Shown here piece by piece: positions 29,548 through 40,657 of a stretch of DNA of 64,000 nt (positions are counted from its first letter, which is position 1; each line of letters opens with the position of its first letter). A program made the translations under genes and the position numbers. Source of the DNA: Trueperaceae bacterium (GTDB lineage: Bacteria > Deinococcota > Deinococci > Deinococcales > Trueperaceae); assembly GCA_965213925.1 (NCBI GenBank), contig OZ243927.1, positions 2,720,001 through 2,784,000 on the forward strand, given 5' to 3'. Below the pieces are notes generated by a model. It made no database searches. It saw only the letters and a program-made list of their open reading frames with translations, and was not told the DNA's origin.

Positions 29548-30690
29548 CTAAGCGGTCTCGAGCACCTCGTGACGCTTAGACTCTAACGTTTCCATCAGGC
29601 TGTCAAAGGGTTTGACAAATTTCTGAACCCCTTCGTCCACGAGCTGCTGCGTGATCTCGTCCAGGTCGATGCCCAAGTCGCCTAGCTTATCGAGCGTTCG
29701 CTTCGCTTCGTCAACGTTATCTTCTAAACGCGCCTCGGGCTGACCGTGGTCGCGGTACGCCTCGAGCGTCTCCATCGGCAGCGTGTTGACCGTCTCCGGG
29801 CCGATAAGCGCTTCGACGTACTTTACGTCTTCGTAAGCGTCGTCTTTAACGCTAGTGCTCGCCCAGAGTAGACGCTGCGGCTTGGCACCCTTCTCCGCGA
29901 GAGCCTGAAAGCGCTCGCCCTCGAAGACCTCTTTGTAGATTTGATAGGCTTGCTTCGCGCTGGCGATTGCGACCTCGCCGCGCAGGGCTTTAGCGGTGTC
30001 GGCGTCCTCGGGGCTCGCCTCGGCGATCTGGTCGAGCTTACCGTCGATGAGCGCGTCGATGCGGCTCAGGAAAAAGCTGGCGACAGATGCGATGCCCTCA
30101 ACCGACTCGCCACCCTCCAAGCGCTTCTCCAAGCCTTCAAGATAGGCGCTCGTCACCTCGCGGTAGCGCGATAAACTAAACAGGAGCGTCACGTTGACGC
30201 TGATGCCCTCACTGATAAGCTGTGTGATCGCCTCTAAGCCCTCATTCGTGCCCGGCACCTTGATAAAGACGTTCGGGCGGTCCAGCATCTTCCAAAGCTT
30301 GCGCCCCTCTTCGACAGTGCCTTGAGTGTCGTGCGCGAGATGCGGCGAGACCTCCAAGCTCACAAAGCCGCGCTCGCCGTCATGCTCGTCGTAGAGCGGG
30401 CGAAAGCGGTCTGCGGCGGCGCGAACGTCCTCGGTCGCCAGCGTGAGGTAGATCTCCTCGGTCTCTTTCCCGTCTTGCGCCAGCTCGCGGATCGTACCGT
30501 CATACTCGTCGCTGTCAGCGATCGCTTTTTCGAAGATGGACGGGTTCGAGGTGATGCCGCGCAGCCCGTCCTCGTCGATGAGCTTATCCAACTCGCCGCT
30601 CTCGATAAGGCTGCGCCGAATGTCGTCGAGCCAAGGGGCTTGTCCGAAGTCGCTGAGCTTTTTAAGTGAATTCATCGTCTCCTCCTCCAT
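29548..30690 (-). CDS. tal: Transaldolase (long type)
   Basis: PWLDDI, GITSNPSIF, VSLEVSP, IKVPGT, NVTLLFS, QRLLWASTS. Confidence 0.95.
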   Translation of the reverse strand: MEEETMNSLKKLSDFGQAPWLDDIRRSLIESGELDKLIDEDGLRGITSNPSIFEKAIADSDEYDGTIRELAQDGKETEEIYLTLATEDVRAAADRFRPLYDEHDGERGFVSLEVSPHLAHDTQGTVEEGRKLWKMLDRPNVFIKVPGTNEGLEAITQLISEGISVNVTLLFSLSRYREVTSAYLEGLEKRLEGGESVEGIASVASFFLSRIDALIDGKLDQIAEASPEDADTAKALRGEVAIASAKQAYQIYKEVFEGERFQALAEKGAKPQRLLWASTSVKDDAYEDVKYVEALIGPETVNTLPMETLEAYRDHGQPEARLEDNVDEAKRTLDKLGDLGIDLDEITQQLVDEGVQKFVKPFDSLMETLESKRHEVLETA

Positions 30691-30884
30691 GTTTTTCTGC
30701 AGTCGTTACGTCGTGCGGTTAGCTTCTAGATGTAATACTTTTTTCTCGAGTTAAATTTGCTGGAATAAGCACCCTCCCCTGTCATACTCTTTTTGCTGAC
30801 GCCGGAACGTCACAGGTCATACGTTTCTTGCGTTTTCTCCTCCACTATAGACCTACAGCGGTTTATGCACAAGGTTCGCTAATA

Positions 30885-30927
30885 AAGAAATTTTTCACGA
30901 CACTTTAGCTCGTGAATTTTTTGTTTC
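30885..30927 (-). repeat. Dyad site S3
   Basis: Reverse complement AAAAAATTCACGAGCTAAAGTGTCGTGAAAAATTTCTT, 32/38 identical to S2. Confidence 0.75.
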
Positions 30928-31101
30928 TTTGAGGTTCTCGTTTGTTTCACACCTCTCACTGACCTTCCCTTATAAGCGCCCTTGCGAGCGACGGGCGACT
31001 AAGCGTAACGGGCAAAACGAGTAAACTTGACGCTATGCGGTAAATATTCGTCACCGACTTGAGGAAAAACGCGGGGCAGCGAAGCGCATAAGGAGTGGGG
31101 A

Positions 31102-31782
31102 ATGAAAGACAAGCTTCGTGAGTATCGTTCTAAGGACATAAGCGTGACCTGGAGCAAAACGCGGTGTATCCATTTTGCTGCGTGCGTTCATCATCTGCCA
31201 GACGTTTTCGATACAGATCAGAAACCTTGGGTACAGCCAGATCGAGCGGACGCAGAAGAGGTCGCTCAAGTCGTCGTGCGGTGTCCGACTGGAGCCTTGC
31301 ATTTTGAGCGCAAGGATGGCGGCGCGGCGGAAGAGGTGCCGGAGCGCAACACCGTTCAAGTCGCGCCTCATGGTCCTTTGTACCTGCGGGGTGACATTAG
31401 AATTACACTCGATCAGCCTGACCAAGAAATTCTTTTGAGGGATACGCGCGTGGCGCTCTGCCGCTGCGGAGCCTCGGCGTATGGTCCTCTTTGCGACGGA
31501 TCGCACCGAGAGATAGGGTTTAGAGACCGGGGTGAGCTTGGTAACGTCCACCTTGACGGGGAGAGGAGAGCTGGCAGGCTCGAGGTCTCCCCTACCCCTA
31601 ACGGACCCCTTAGGCTGCGCGGACCTTTCGAGCTTATCGGCTCGGACGATGAGCGTGAAAAAGGTACACGCACCGCCCTCTGTCGCTGCGGCGCGTCGGG
31701 CAACAAACCCTTTTGCGACGGGACACACCGGGCGATTAACTTTACGTCTGCTGACGCGGTGATAGACGGCGCTCATGAATAG
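31102..31782 (+). CDS. Divergent 4Fe-4S domain plus two CDGSH iron-sulfur domains
   Basis: CIHFAACVHHLPDVF..PWV..CPTGAL; CRCGASAYGPLCDGSH; CRCGASGNKPFCDGTH. Confidence 0.92.
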   Translation: MKDKLREYRSKDISVTWSKTRCIHFAACVHHLPDVFDTDQKPWVQPDRADAEEVAQVVVRCPTGALHFERKDGGAAEEVPERNTVQVAPHGPLYLRGDIRITLDQPDQEILLRDTRVALCRCGASAYGPLCDGSHREIGFRDRGELGNVHLDGERRAGRLEVSPTPNGPLRLRGPFELIGSDDEREKGTRTALCRCGASGNKPFCDGTHRAINFTSADAVIDGAHE

Positions 31783-33844
31783 ACGGGTATGTGGCGTTCT
31801 TTTGGGGACGCTTACTCTGCTCATTTGTCCTGTTGCCTTCGCCGCGGGCGGAATGCCTGAGTTCTTCGCAGAGGTCTCTATCCTCATCGTTGCGAGCGCT
31901 GCGATTGGCTATCTCTGCTTCCGTCTGGGGCTCGTGCCCATTATTGGCTTTTTGCTCACCGGCGTGCTCTTAGGAATGACCGGGCTCGTCGACAACCCCG
32001 AACTCGTCGACGCAGTGGCAGAGGTCGGTGTTATCTTGCTGCTCTTCACCATCGGCATCGAGTTCAGTTTGGATAACCTCATGCGCATCCGGCGGCTTTT
32101 GTTCGTCGGCGGCGGCGTGCAGGTGGGGCTCGTTACGCTTACCGTCACGGTGATCATGCTACTTGCCGGGGTGGACTGGCGGGCGTCGCTCTTTACGGGA
32201 ATGCTGATCGCCCTTTCGTCCACCGCCATCGTCATGAAGCTCTTGGACAGCCGCGGCGAGACGAACGCGCCCTCAGGTCAGATTTCACTGGGCATCCTCA
32301 TCTTTCAGGACTTGGCGGTGGTTGGCATGGTCATCCTCGTGCCGATTTTAGGGGGTGAAGGCGCGACGTTCGGGGGTGTCGCCCTCTCGCTCGGCAGCGC
32401 GGCGGCGATCATCGCGGCGATTCTCCTCTTAGCGCGACGGGTCATGCCGACGATGTTAGAAGCCTTGGCGCGCACCTGCTCGCAGGAGATTTTTGTCCTG
32501 GGGGTCATCGCGGTTTGCTTCGGAACGGCCTATTTAACGGGTTTAGCAGGCGTCAGTCTTTCATTGGGCGCGTTCTTGGCAGGCTTACTCGTAAGTGAGA
32601 GCCGCTTCGGGTCGCAGGCGTTAGGGGAGATTCTGCCCCTACAAATCATCTTTAGCGCGGCGTTTTTCGTCTCGGTGGGCTTGCTTTTAGACGTGATGTT
32701 CTTGCTGCAAAATTTACCCGTCATCCTCGCGGTGATCGTGAGCGTGTTGCTTATCAAAACGCTAGCGGCAACCGCCGGAGCTAAACTACTCGGCTATCCG
32801 CTTGGCGTTTCACTCGCGGCGGGGCTCACCTTAGCGCAGGTCGGTGAATTTTCATTCGTGTTGCAGCGCTCAGGCAGCGATGTCGGACTCTTTCCCGCGG
32901 GCTTAGAGGGTGCAGGCGAGCAGACGATTATCGCAGCGACGGTTCTGCTGATGGGCATCACGCCTAACTTGGCGACGCTGGGCAACGCCATCAACGCGCG
33001 CTTAGAGCGCCGCCGCAAAGCGCAGGAAAGAGCGGCGTTTGGCGCGGACGAGGGTGAAGCGGAAGGATTAGATGACCTTAACGACCACGTGCTGATCGCG
33101 GGCTACGGCGCGGGCGGCAAACTGCTCGCTTCGGTTTTGCAGCGCGAAGAGGTCCCCTTTGGCATCGTGACGCTGAGCCCGACCGGGGCGACCGAAGCGG
33201 AAGAGGCGGGGATGCGGGCGATGCGCGGGGACTACACGAAGAACTTTATTCTGAACCAAGCCGGGGTTTTGCGCTCGAGGATGCTCGCCATCCTCGACGA
33301 CGAGCCCGAGCACGCAGGAAGGGTCATCGAGGTGGTGAGGGGCTTTAACAAAGAACTCCCTATTCTTACTAGAGCCCAATTCTATAGCGGCGCACTCTCC
33401 TTGAAGCAAGCAGGCTCGACCACCTCTACCGCTGAAGAAATCGAGAGTTTAGTCCCCCTTCTCAGCGACGTTTTGACCTCTTACGGCTCGCGCCGCCGCG
33501 ACCCGAGCAGCGCCCGCTCGCTTCTCATTGAAAACGAGCCCAACGTGCGCGTGGAGACGGTGCAGCTTAGCGAAGCGCAGCGCACTTCAGAAGCGTGCAG
33601 CCACCAGGACGAGGCAAAAGTCGTCACACCTGACGCCGAGGTCTGCTTGGAATGCGTCGAACAGGGCGACACCTGGGTGCACCTGCGCGTCTGCATGACC
33701 TGCGGACATGTCGGCTGCTGCGACTCGTCGAAGAATAAGCACGCGAGCAACCACGCAGAGAAAAAAGCGCACCCCATCATCAAGTCGTTTGAAAAGGGGG
33801 AAAGCTGGGCGTACTGCTACACCGACGAGGTAACGCTGGCATAG
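31775..33844 (+). CDS. CPA2 (Kef-type) cation:proton antiporter with RCK/TrkA-N domain and C-terminal UBP-type zinc finger
   Basis: AEVGVILLLFTIGIEFS, SSTAIV, LIFQD, AQVGEFSFV, HVLIAGYG; CSH..CLEC..WVHLRVCMTCGHVGCCDSSKNKHA. Confidence 0.92.
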   Translation: MNRRVCGVLLGTLTLLICPVAFAAGGMPEFFAEVSILIVASAAIGYLCFRLGLVPIIGFLLTGVLLGMTGLVDNPELVDAVAEVGVILLLFTIGIEFSLDNLMRIRRLLFVGGGVQVGLVTLTVTVIMLLAGVDWRASLFTGMLIALSSTAIVMKLLDSRGETNAPSGQISLGILIFQDLAVVGMVILVPILGGEGATFGGVALSLGSAAAIIAAILLLARRVMPTMLEALARTCSQEIFVLGVIAVCFGTAYLTGLAGVSLSLGAFLAGLLVSESRFGSQALGEILPLQIIFSAAFFVSVGLLLDVMFLLQNLPVILAVIVSVLLIKTLAATAGAKLLGYPLGVSLAAGLTLAQVGEFSFVLQRSGSDVGLFPAGLEGAGEQTIIAATVLLMGITPNLATLGNAINARLERRRKAQERAAFGADEGEAEGLDDLNDHVLIAGYGAGGKLLASVLQREEVPFGIVTLSPTGATEAEEAGMRAMRGDYTKNFILNQAGVLRSRMLAILDDEPEHAGRVIEVVRGFNKELPILTRAQFYSGALSLKQAGSTTSTAEEIESLVPLLSDVLTSYGSRRRDPSSARSLLIENEPNVRVETVQLSEAQRTSEACSHQDEAKVVTPDAEVCLECVEQGDTWVHLRVCMTCGHVGCCDSSKNKHASNHAEKKAHPIIKSFEKGESWAYCYTDEVTLA

Positions 33845-33848
33845 GTCG

Positions 33849-33874
33849 TGGGTGGACCCAGATGGGTCCACCCA
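33849..33874. terminator. Hairpin after the antiporter
   Basis: TGGGTGGACCC-AGAT-GGGTCCACCCA. Confidence 0.5.
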
Positions 33875-33926
33875 GCTCTCTCCTAGTTCACGGATTCAAA
33901 CCTGCAATCATATCTGAATCATATCT

Positions 33927-33971
33927 GATAATTTATTTCACAATACTTCTGCTTGTGATTTAATTATTTCG
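33927..33971 (-). repeat. Dyad site S4
   Basis: Reverse complement CGAAATAATTAAATCACAAGCAGAAGTATTGTGAA, 29/35 identical to S1; between convergent genes. Confidence 0.7.
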
Positions 33972-34071
33972 CTTTTTTGTGTAGAGCGGAGGGCAAGGGA
34001 GGTGTTCAGGCGTCAGAAGCCGGTACACTGACGCCTGTTTCTATCCGCCTGCTATGGAGTTCGACGCTCAG

Positions 34072-34554
34072 CTATCCACCTAGCAAGAGCACGAAGGTCA
34101 AAATCACCGCGCCGAGGTTCGCTGCTAAACCGATGTGATGACGAACGATCAAGCGGCTCACCCCGCGCCGTACGTCCTCGATGTCACCGTTGCTATTCGT
34201 CTGCCGGAGGTCTTTAACCGCCGCCGCAATTTTGCCGAACGTCATGAGGTAGCCTGTGACGAGCCAGTAGAAGGCGAGTACAGCGATAGACGCCCCGTCC
34301 CACCCTCGCAGGACGCCCTGATAGACCATCGCCGCCGTCCCGAATAGGATGACGACGCCGTTAGCGGGCGGGAGTAGCAGGGTGAGGCGCTTGAGGGCGG
34401 CGTGGACGAAGCGGATATCGTTATCATCCACTGCGCGGCTATGCTGGTTGAGCCCGAGCCTCAACACGGACCATTCAACGCAGGAGAGCGCGTAGAAGAT
34501 GGCGGTTCCGAATGAGAATATGGCGATGATGAACGTAGGGGTCAACGTGTCCAT
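34072..34554 (-). CDS. Hypothetical membrane protein (~4 TM)
   Basis: Four hydrophobic segments; AGGAG RBS; downstream of the monooxygenase. Confidence 0.7.
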   Translation of the reverse strand: MDTLTPTFIIAIFSFGTAIFYALSCVEWSVLRLGLNQHSRAVDDNDIRFVHAALKRLTLLLPPANGVVILFGTAAMVYQGVLRGWDGASIAVLAFYWLVTGYLMTFGKIAAAVKDLRQTNSNGDIEDVRRGVSRLIVRHHIGLAANLGAVILTFVLLLGG

Positions 34555-34621
34555 AAAAGCTCCTAAATTAGGGTAAAGCGAGGTAGCTTTACCCCTCTGA
34601 ATTTCCTAAACTTTGCATCTC

Positions 34622-36298
<1,677 letters not shown>

Positions 36299-36310
36299 GT
36301 CTACCTCCTT

Positions 36311-36339
36311 TGACAGTTGTCTACTAAAAGACATATGTT
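36311..36339. promoter_or_regulatory. Candidate TetR operator (two GACA-N2-TGT dyads)
   Basis: GACAGTTGTC and AGACATATGTT between the divergent monooxygenase and TetR genes. Confidence 0.5.
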
Positions 36340-36413
36340 AAGTTAGAGCGGCGAGCGGGGCGGGGTCAAGCACAAAGATTGGGAAACGTCTAATTCTGGA
36401 CAGAAAGGTCGAT

Positions 36414-37013
36414 ATGTCTAACTTGGCGAGCACAGGTAAGAAACCAGACAGGCGGACGCGGCGTTCGCAGAAGCGGCTCTTCGAGGCGCTGATGGAGCTG
36501 ATTCTCGAGAAGCCTTATGAGAGCGTCACCGTCTCCGAAATCGCGGAACGCGCGGACGTGGCGCGGGCAACCTTCTATCTTCATTACGACGACAAGGACG
36601 CGCTCCTACTCAGCTCGCTCGACGCGCTCGTCGAAACTATCATCGAAGAGGTCAAGGGGTTCTCTCAGCGCGACCTCGTGAGCGGTGTGCCGCACCCTGC
36701 TCTCATCGTTTTCGAGGTGGTGCAGCGCGACCCGGCGCTCTTCCGCGTCATCTTGAAGGGACAGGGGAGCAACCTTTTGCTGAAGCGTCTCAGGCATTAC
36801 GCGGCGCAGACTGCACACCAAGCCACCCAGTCGATGGGCGTCGTGCCGTCTGTGCCGCCCACTTTCATTGCGGACTTCATGGCGGGCGCGATGCTCTCGG
36901 TTATCACGGGTTGGTTAGAGGACGACATGAAAACGCCACCCGGTGAGATGGCGCAGATGTTCTATAGTTTGGTTCGTCCGAGTATTTTAGGAGCGCTGTC
37001 GCTGAAAGGGTAG
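36414..37013 (+). CDS. TetR/AcrR family regulator
   Basis: DRRTRRS..L..AL, VTVSEIAERADVARATFYLHYDDK. Confidence 0.93.
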   Translation: MSNLASTGKKPDRRTRRSQKRLFEALMELILEKPYESVTVSEIAERADVARATFYLHYDDKDALLLSSLDALVETIIEEVKGFSQRDLVSGVPHPALIVFEVVQRDPALFRVILKGQGSNLLLKRLRHYAAQTAHQATQSMGVVPSVPPTFIADFMAGAMLSVITGWLEDDMKTPPGEMAQMFYSLVRPSILGALSLKG

Positions 37014-37025
37014 AGCGAGGTTGAC

Positions 37026-37553
37026 CTAGCCCGCCCCCGCCAACGTCCAATCCTTAAACGTCGTTGTAATAAGTGCTGTAACAGGCAAGCCGCCGCCGCG
37101 CACCTCGGCTTTCCACTCCTCTAAGCGCGTGTTGTCCTCTTCGACTTTGAACGTCATCGTGACGCTCTGCGAGAGGTCGCCTTCGCGCAGGTCGGCAAGC
37201 TCGAGCTGATAGCGCTCGTCGCCTAAGATAGCCAACGCCCCGTCGCAGCTCAAGGTGGACACGTCGAAGTGACCGAGCCAGCCCTCGTTGCGGCGGAAGA
37301 AGTCGGGAGCGCTTGCGGGTATGCGGCTCTCCTCCTCGAGCACCTCAACATGTACCCCTTCACCCGCGTCACTGACGGCGCTCTGCCGGTACAGAGCGTC
37401 CCGAAAGCCCGCTTTCATGGTGGTCGTGCGCGTCAAACTTTGGGTCTGGTCTAGGGTTTGCGAGAGTCCAGCCAGCAGATTTTCACAGCGCTCCCTAGCG
37501 CTGACGAGCGCCGGCAACGAAAGGACAGCGGTGAGGATGAGGACCTTATGCAT
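37026..37553 (-). CDS. Hypothetical secreted protein
   Basis: N-terminal signal peptide, AGGAGG RBS. Confidence 0.6.
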   Translation of the reverse strand: MHKVLILTAVLSLPALVSARERCENLLAGLSQTLDQTQSLTRTTTMKAGFRDALYRQSAVSDAGEGVHVEVLEEESRIPASAPDFFRRNEGWLGHFDVSTLSCDGALAILGDERYQLELADLREGDLSQSVTMTFKVEEDNTRLEEWKAEVRGGGLPVTALITTTFKDWTLAGAG

Positions 37554-37801
37554 GTCAACCTCCTGAACCCGAGCACGCGAAGATTTTTATGTGCGCGGGC
37601 TAAGCAAAGTATGGCGCGAGAACGTACAAGAGGGCGTCAAGATTGTTTGAAGGAGCGTTCAGGCGTTCTCTCCCCTTTCAGCCAATTCCACCCGACTTCA
37701 CCTTTCGTTACGTACAGCACGATGTTTTGCGGCGAGAGCGCCTATGGTGACACCATGTTTTCACCGTGTGAAGTAGACAACGTAAACGCGAAGGGGCAAT
37801 T

Positions 37802-39295
37802 ATGTGCGGCATAACGGGTTTGTGGGGCAAGACGGATATTGATGATGTGCGGGGGATGATGGCGCGGCTCGAGCACCGCGGACCCGACGGTTCAGGTACG
37901 TATAGGGGTGAGCGCGGCGTCTTGGGGCATCGGCGGCTCGCGATCATGGACCCGGAGATGGGGCAGCAGCCTTATGAAGAAGAGACGCTCAGCTTAGCGG
38001 CGAACGGCGAGATTTACAACTGGCAGAGCTTGCGTAAGAGCGTGGGCGAGGGGCACACGTTCAAGACCGACGCGGACACCGAGGTCGCCCTGCACCTTTT
38101 CGAGGAGGAAGGCGAACGGTCTTTAGGAGATTTGGACGGCATGTTCGCGCTCGCCTTCGCGAATGAGGAGGAGCTTCTCTTAGCGCGCGACCCTATCGGC
38201 ATCAAACCTCTTTATTACAGTCAGTTCGAAGAGGGCGGACCCCTTCGCTTCGCCTCCGAGATGAAGGCGCTTCTGGGCGACGGTGCGCCGATCTATGAAT
38301 TGCCACCCGGGAGCGCCTACAGCACGAAAACGGGCGTCAGACGTTTCTACGACCTGCCCAATCCCACTGACATGCTCAGCGATGTGGACGACATCGTCGC
38401 TAAAATCCGCCAGACCTTGACCGACGCCACGGAGAAGCGGCTCATGAGCGACGTGCCTTTAGGTGCCTTTTTGTCGGGCGGGCTGGACAGCTCGATCATC
38501 GTCGCGCTGATGATGCAGCAGCGCGAGACGATGCACACGTTTTCGGTAGGGTTAGAGGGCTCGCCCGACCTGGAGGCGGCGCGGTTCGTGTCGGATTATC
38601 TGGGCACGCAGCATCACGAGTACGTGTTTAAGGCGGATGAGGTCAAGAAGGAGCTGCCGAATATCATCTATCACTTGGAGTCCTTCGACCAAGACCTTGT
38701 GCGGAGCGTGATTCCGACGTACTTCACGGCGCGGTTAGCCGCGGAGCACGTCAAGGTCATCCTGACGGGCGAGGGCGCGGACGAACTCTTCGCGGGCTAC
38801 ACGTACTACCGCGACTACGAGGACTACGGCGATCTGCATAACGAACTGCGGCGTTCGGTTTCGGCGATGCACAATGTCAACTTGCAGCGCGTCGATAGGA
38901 TGACGATGGCGCACTCTATCGAGGGGCGCGTGCCCTTTTTGGACACGGCGCTCATCGACCTCGCGCTGCGTATTCCACCTGAGCTAAAGCTACTCCGAGA
39001 AGAAGGCAAAAGACCCGTCGAAAAGTGGGTTTTGCGCAAAGCCTTTGAAGACCTCTTGCCCGAGGAGATCGTCAGGCGCGACAAGGCGCAGTTCGATGAG
39101 GGCAGCGGCACAACGGAGATGCTCGTGAATTTCATCGAGGAGGAGACGCAGGGGATGGACGTGGAGGCGTTCCAAGCCGAGCACTCTAAAATCAACCTGC
39201 GCTCGGCGGAGGAGTGCTACTACTACAGCATCTTTGAAGAGGTCTTTGAAAACCCCGAGCTGATGGTGCCGAATATCGGGCGTTGGGCGAGCTGA
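37802..39295 (+). CDS. asnB: Asparagine synthase (glutamine-hydrolysing)
   Basis: MCGI, HRGPD, NGEIYN, LSGGLDSS, TGEGADE, RVPFLD. Confidence 0.95.
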   Translation: MCGITGLWGKTDIDDVRGMMARLEHRGPDGSGTYRGERGVLGHRRLAIMDPEMGQQPYEEETLSLAANGEIYNWQSLRKSVGEGHTFKTDADTEVALHLFEEEGERSLGDLDGMFALAFANEEELLLARDPIGIKPLYYSQFEEGGPLRFASEMKALLGDGAPIYELPPGSAYSTKTGVRRFYDLPNPTDMLSDVDDIVAKIRQTLTDATEKRLMSDVPLGAFLSGGLDSSIIVALMMQQRETMHTFSVGLEGSPDLEAARFVSDYLGTQHHEYVFKADEVKKELPNIIYHLESFDQDLVRSVIPTYFTARLAAEHVKVILTGEGADELFAGYTYYRDYEDYGDLHNELRRSVSAMHNVNLQRVDRMTMAHSIEGRVPFLDTALIDLALRIPPELKLLREEGKRPVEKWVLRKAFEDLLPEEIVRRDKAQFDEGSGTTEMLVNFIEEETQGMDVEAFQAEHSKINLRSAEECYYYSIFEEVFENPELMVPNIGRWAS

Positions 39296-39470
39296 GTTGC
39301 TGTAGTTTTGCACCACTCGAGACGCTGACTTATTGTCTGAAACGGCGCCACTTGCGGGCGTCAACGCTAAAAAATCGTCTGGTAAAATGGGAAATTTCAT
39401 ACATTTTATGCGTTAAATTCGGCATATCTTCGAAATGTGTTAAGGTAGCGTAAATTTTTAGGAGGCAACA

Positions 39471-39764
39471 ATGGCGCAGAACGAGACCCTTTCCAAAAGC
39501 GACATCATCGACCAGATCGCGGGCGAAGCGGACATGGCGAAAAAAGACGTCAAGACGGTGGTGGACCATTTTTTAGAGGCTATTTCCAACCAGCTTAATA
39601 GCGGCGGCAAAGTGCAGCTCACGGGCTTCGGTACCTTCGAGGTGCGCGAGCGCCAAGCGCGCGAAGGCGTCAAGCCCGGTACGAGCGAGAAGATTCAGAT
39701 TCCGGCGAGCAAAGCGCCTGCGTTCAAGGCGGGCAAGTCGCTTAAAGAGGTTGTGAATAGCTAA
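39471..39764 (+). CDS. hup: DNA-binding protein HU
   Basis: KVQLTGFGTFEVRERQAREG, IPASKAPAFKAGKSLK; AGGAGG RBS. Confidence 0.95.
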   Translation: MAQNETLSKSDIIDQIAGEADMAKKDVKTVVDHFLEAISNQLNSGGKVQLTGFGTFEVRERQAREGVKPGTSEKIQIPASKAPAFKAGKSLKEVVNS

Positions 39765-39843
39765 GCGGACGTTCGCCGCGGACGAAAGGAGGGCGCTCGG
39801 GCGTCCTTCTTTGACGACGCTATTCAAGAAGAGGCGCGGGTCC

Positions 39844-40002
39844 TACCTTGCGCTTGATTACCGCACAAATCCCCTTCCGAATTGCTTGCCCAGTTCGCCG
39901 TTTCTTGACAGAGGTGCTAACGCGAAGCTCGCCTAAATTTGCGCTTCTCCATCTCGCTGGAGCGTCCTCAACGCTCCCTACGGAAATTACCCGGAAACGG
40001 TA
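39844..40002. repeat. SRE/SNR-like dispersed repeat
   Basis: TTGATTACCGCACAAA ... CTCCCTACGGAAATTACCCGGAAACGGTA, matching 26048-26220. Confidence 0.55.
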
Positions 40003-40075
40003 CTGCTAAGCGGGTCTCAGACCAGATGAGATTTGCTGACAGTTCCAGACGTATATCTAGCGCTTACCCTCACCG

Positions 40076-40657
40076 TTACAAAAGCCCCAAGCTGCGCGCC
40101 CTATTGACCGCGCCTAAACGGTCTCTGACCTCGAGCTTGTTGTAGACGCTCGCCAAGTAGGTCTTGACCGTCTCCGGGCTGATGCCCATCGCCTTGGCGA
40201 TCGCCTTGTTGCTGCCGCCTGCGCCTAGGAGATGCAGCACTTGCGTCTCTCGAGGCGACAACTCGGGCAGGGTCACGTCGGGCAGCCAGTCGCGCCCCGG
40301 CTCGGACATCATCTTGGTCAGGCGCTCCGTGAGGTCGGCGGGGTCGGTCTCTTTGGAGAAGAACCCCTGCGCGCCCGCCTCGCGCGCCGCTTGGATGACG
40401 GCGTCTTCTTCGAAGGTGGTGAGCATGGCGACGAACACCTCGGGCACGCGCTCGCGAATAGCGCGGCAGGCGTCGATGCCGTTGCAGCGAGGCATTTTGA
40501 CGTCTAACAGGACGATGTCCGGCTGGTGAATTTCGCTCTCCCTGATAGCTCCAAGCCCGTCTTCGACTTGCCCCACCACTTCGAAACCCTGCGCGGCGAG
40601 CGCGTACGACAGCCCGATGCGAAAGAGCGGGTGATCGTCGGCTATGAGGATGCGCAT
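40076..40657 (-). CDS. NarL/LuxR-family response regulator
   Basis: IADDHPLFR, LLDVKMP, LSPRETQVL..GSNKAIA..ISPETVKTY. Confidence 0.95.
   Translation of the reverse strand: MRILIADDHPLFRIGLSYALAAQGFEVVGQVEDGLGAIRESEIHQPDIVLLDVKMPRCNGIDACRAIRERVPEVFVAMLTTFEEDAVIQAAREAGAQGFFSKETDPADLTERLTKMMSEPGRDWLPDVTLPELSPRETQVLHLLGAGGSNKAIAKAMGISPETVKTYLASVYNKLEVRDRLGAVNRARSLGLL

Noticed and set aside
31051..31887. 278-aa minus-strand ORF
   Set aside because: Antisense shadow of the CDGSH gene, which has clear motifs. The same reasoning applies to the many other overlapping shadow ORFs in this GC-rich DNA.
23748..33971. Reading the S1-S5 dyads as CRP, Rex or parS sites
   Set aside because: CRP (TGTGA-N6-TCACA) and Rex (TTGTGAA-N4-TTCACAA) have the opposite arm order and different spacing; parS (TGTTTCACGTGAAACA) has no 13-nt spacer.
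39390..39420. dif-like site (ATGCGTTAAAT resembles a XerD arm) upstream of hup
   Set aside because: Only a partial match, with no plausible XerC arm at 6-bp spacing; more likely AT-rich promoter DNA.
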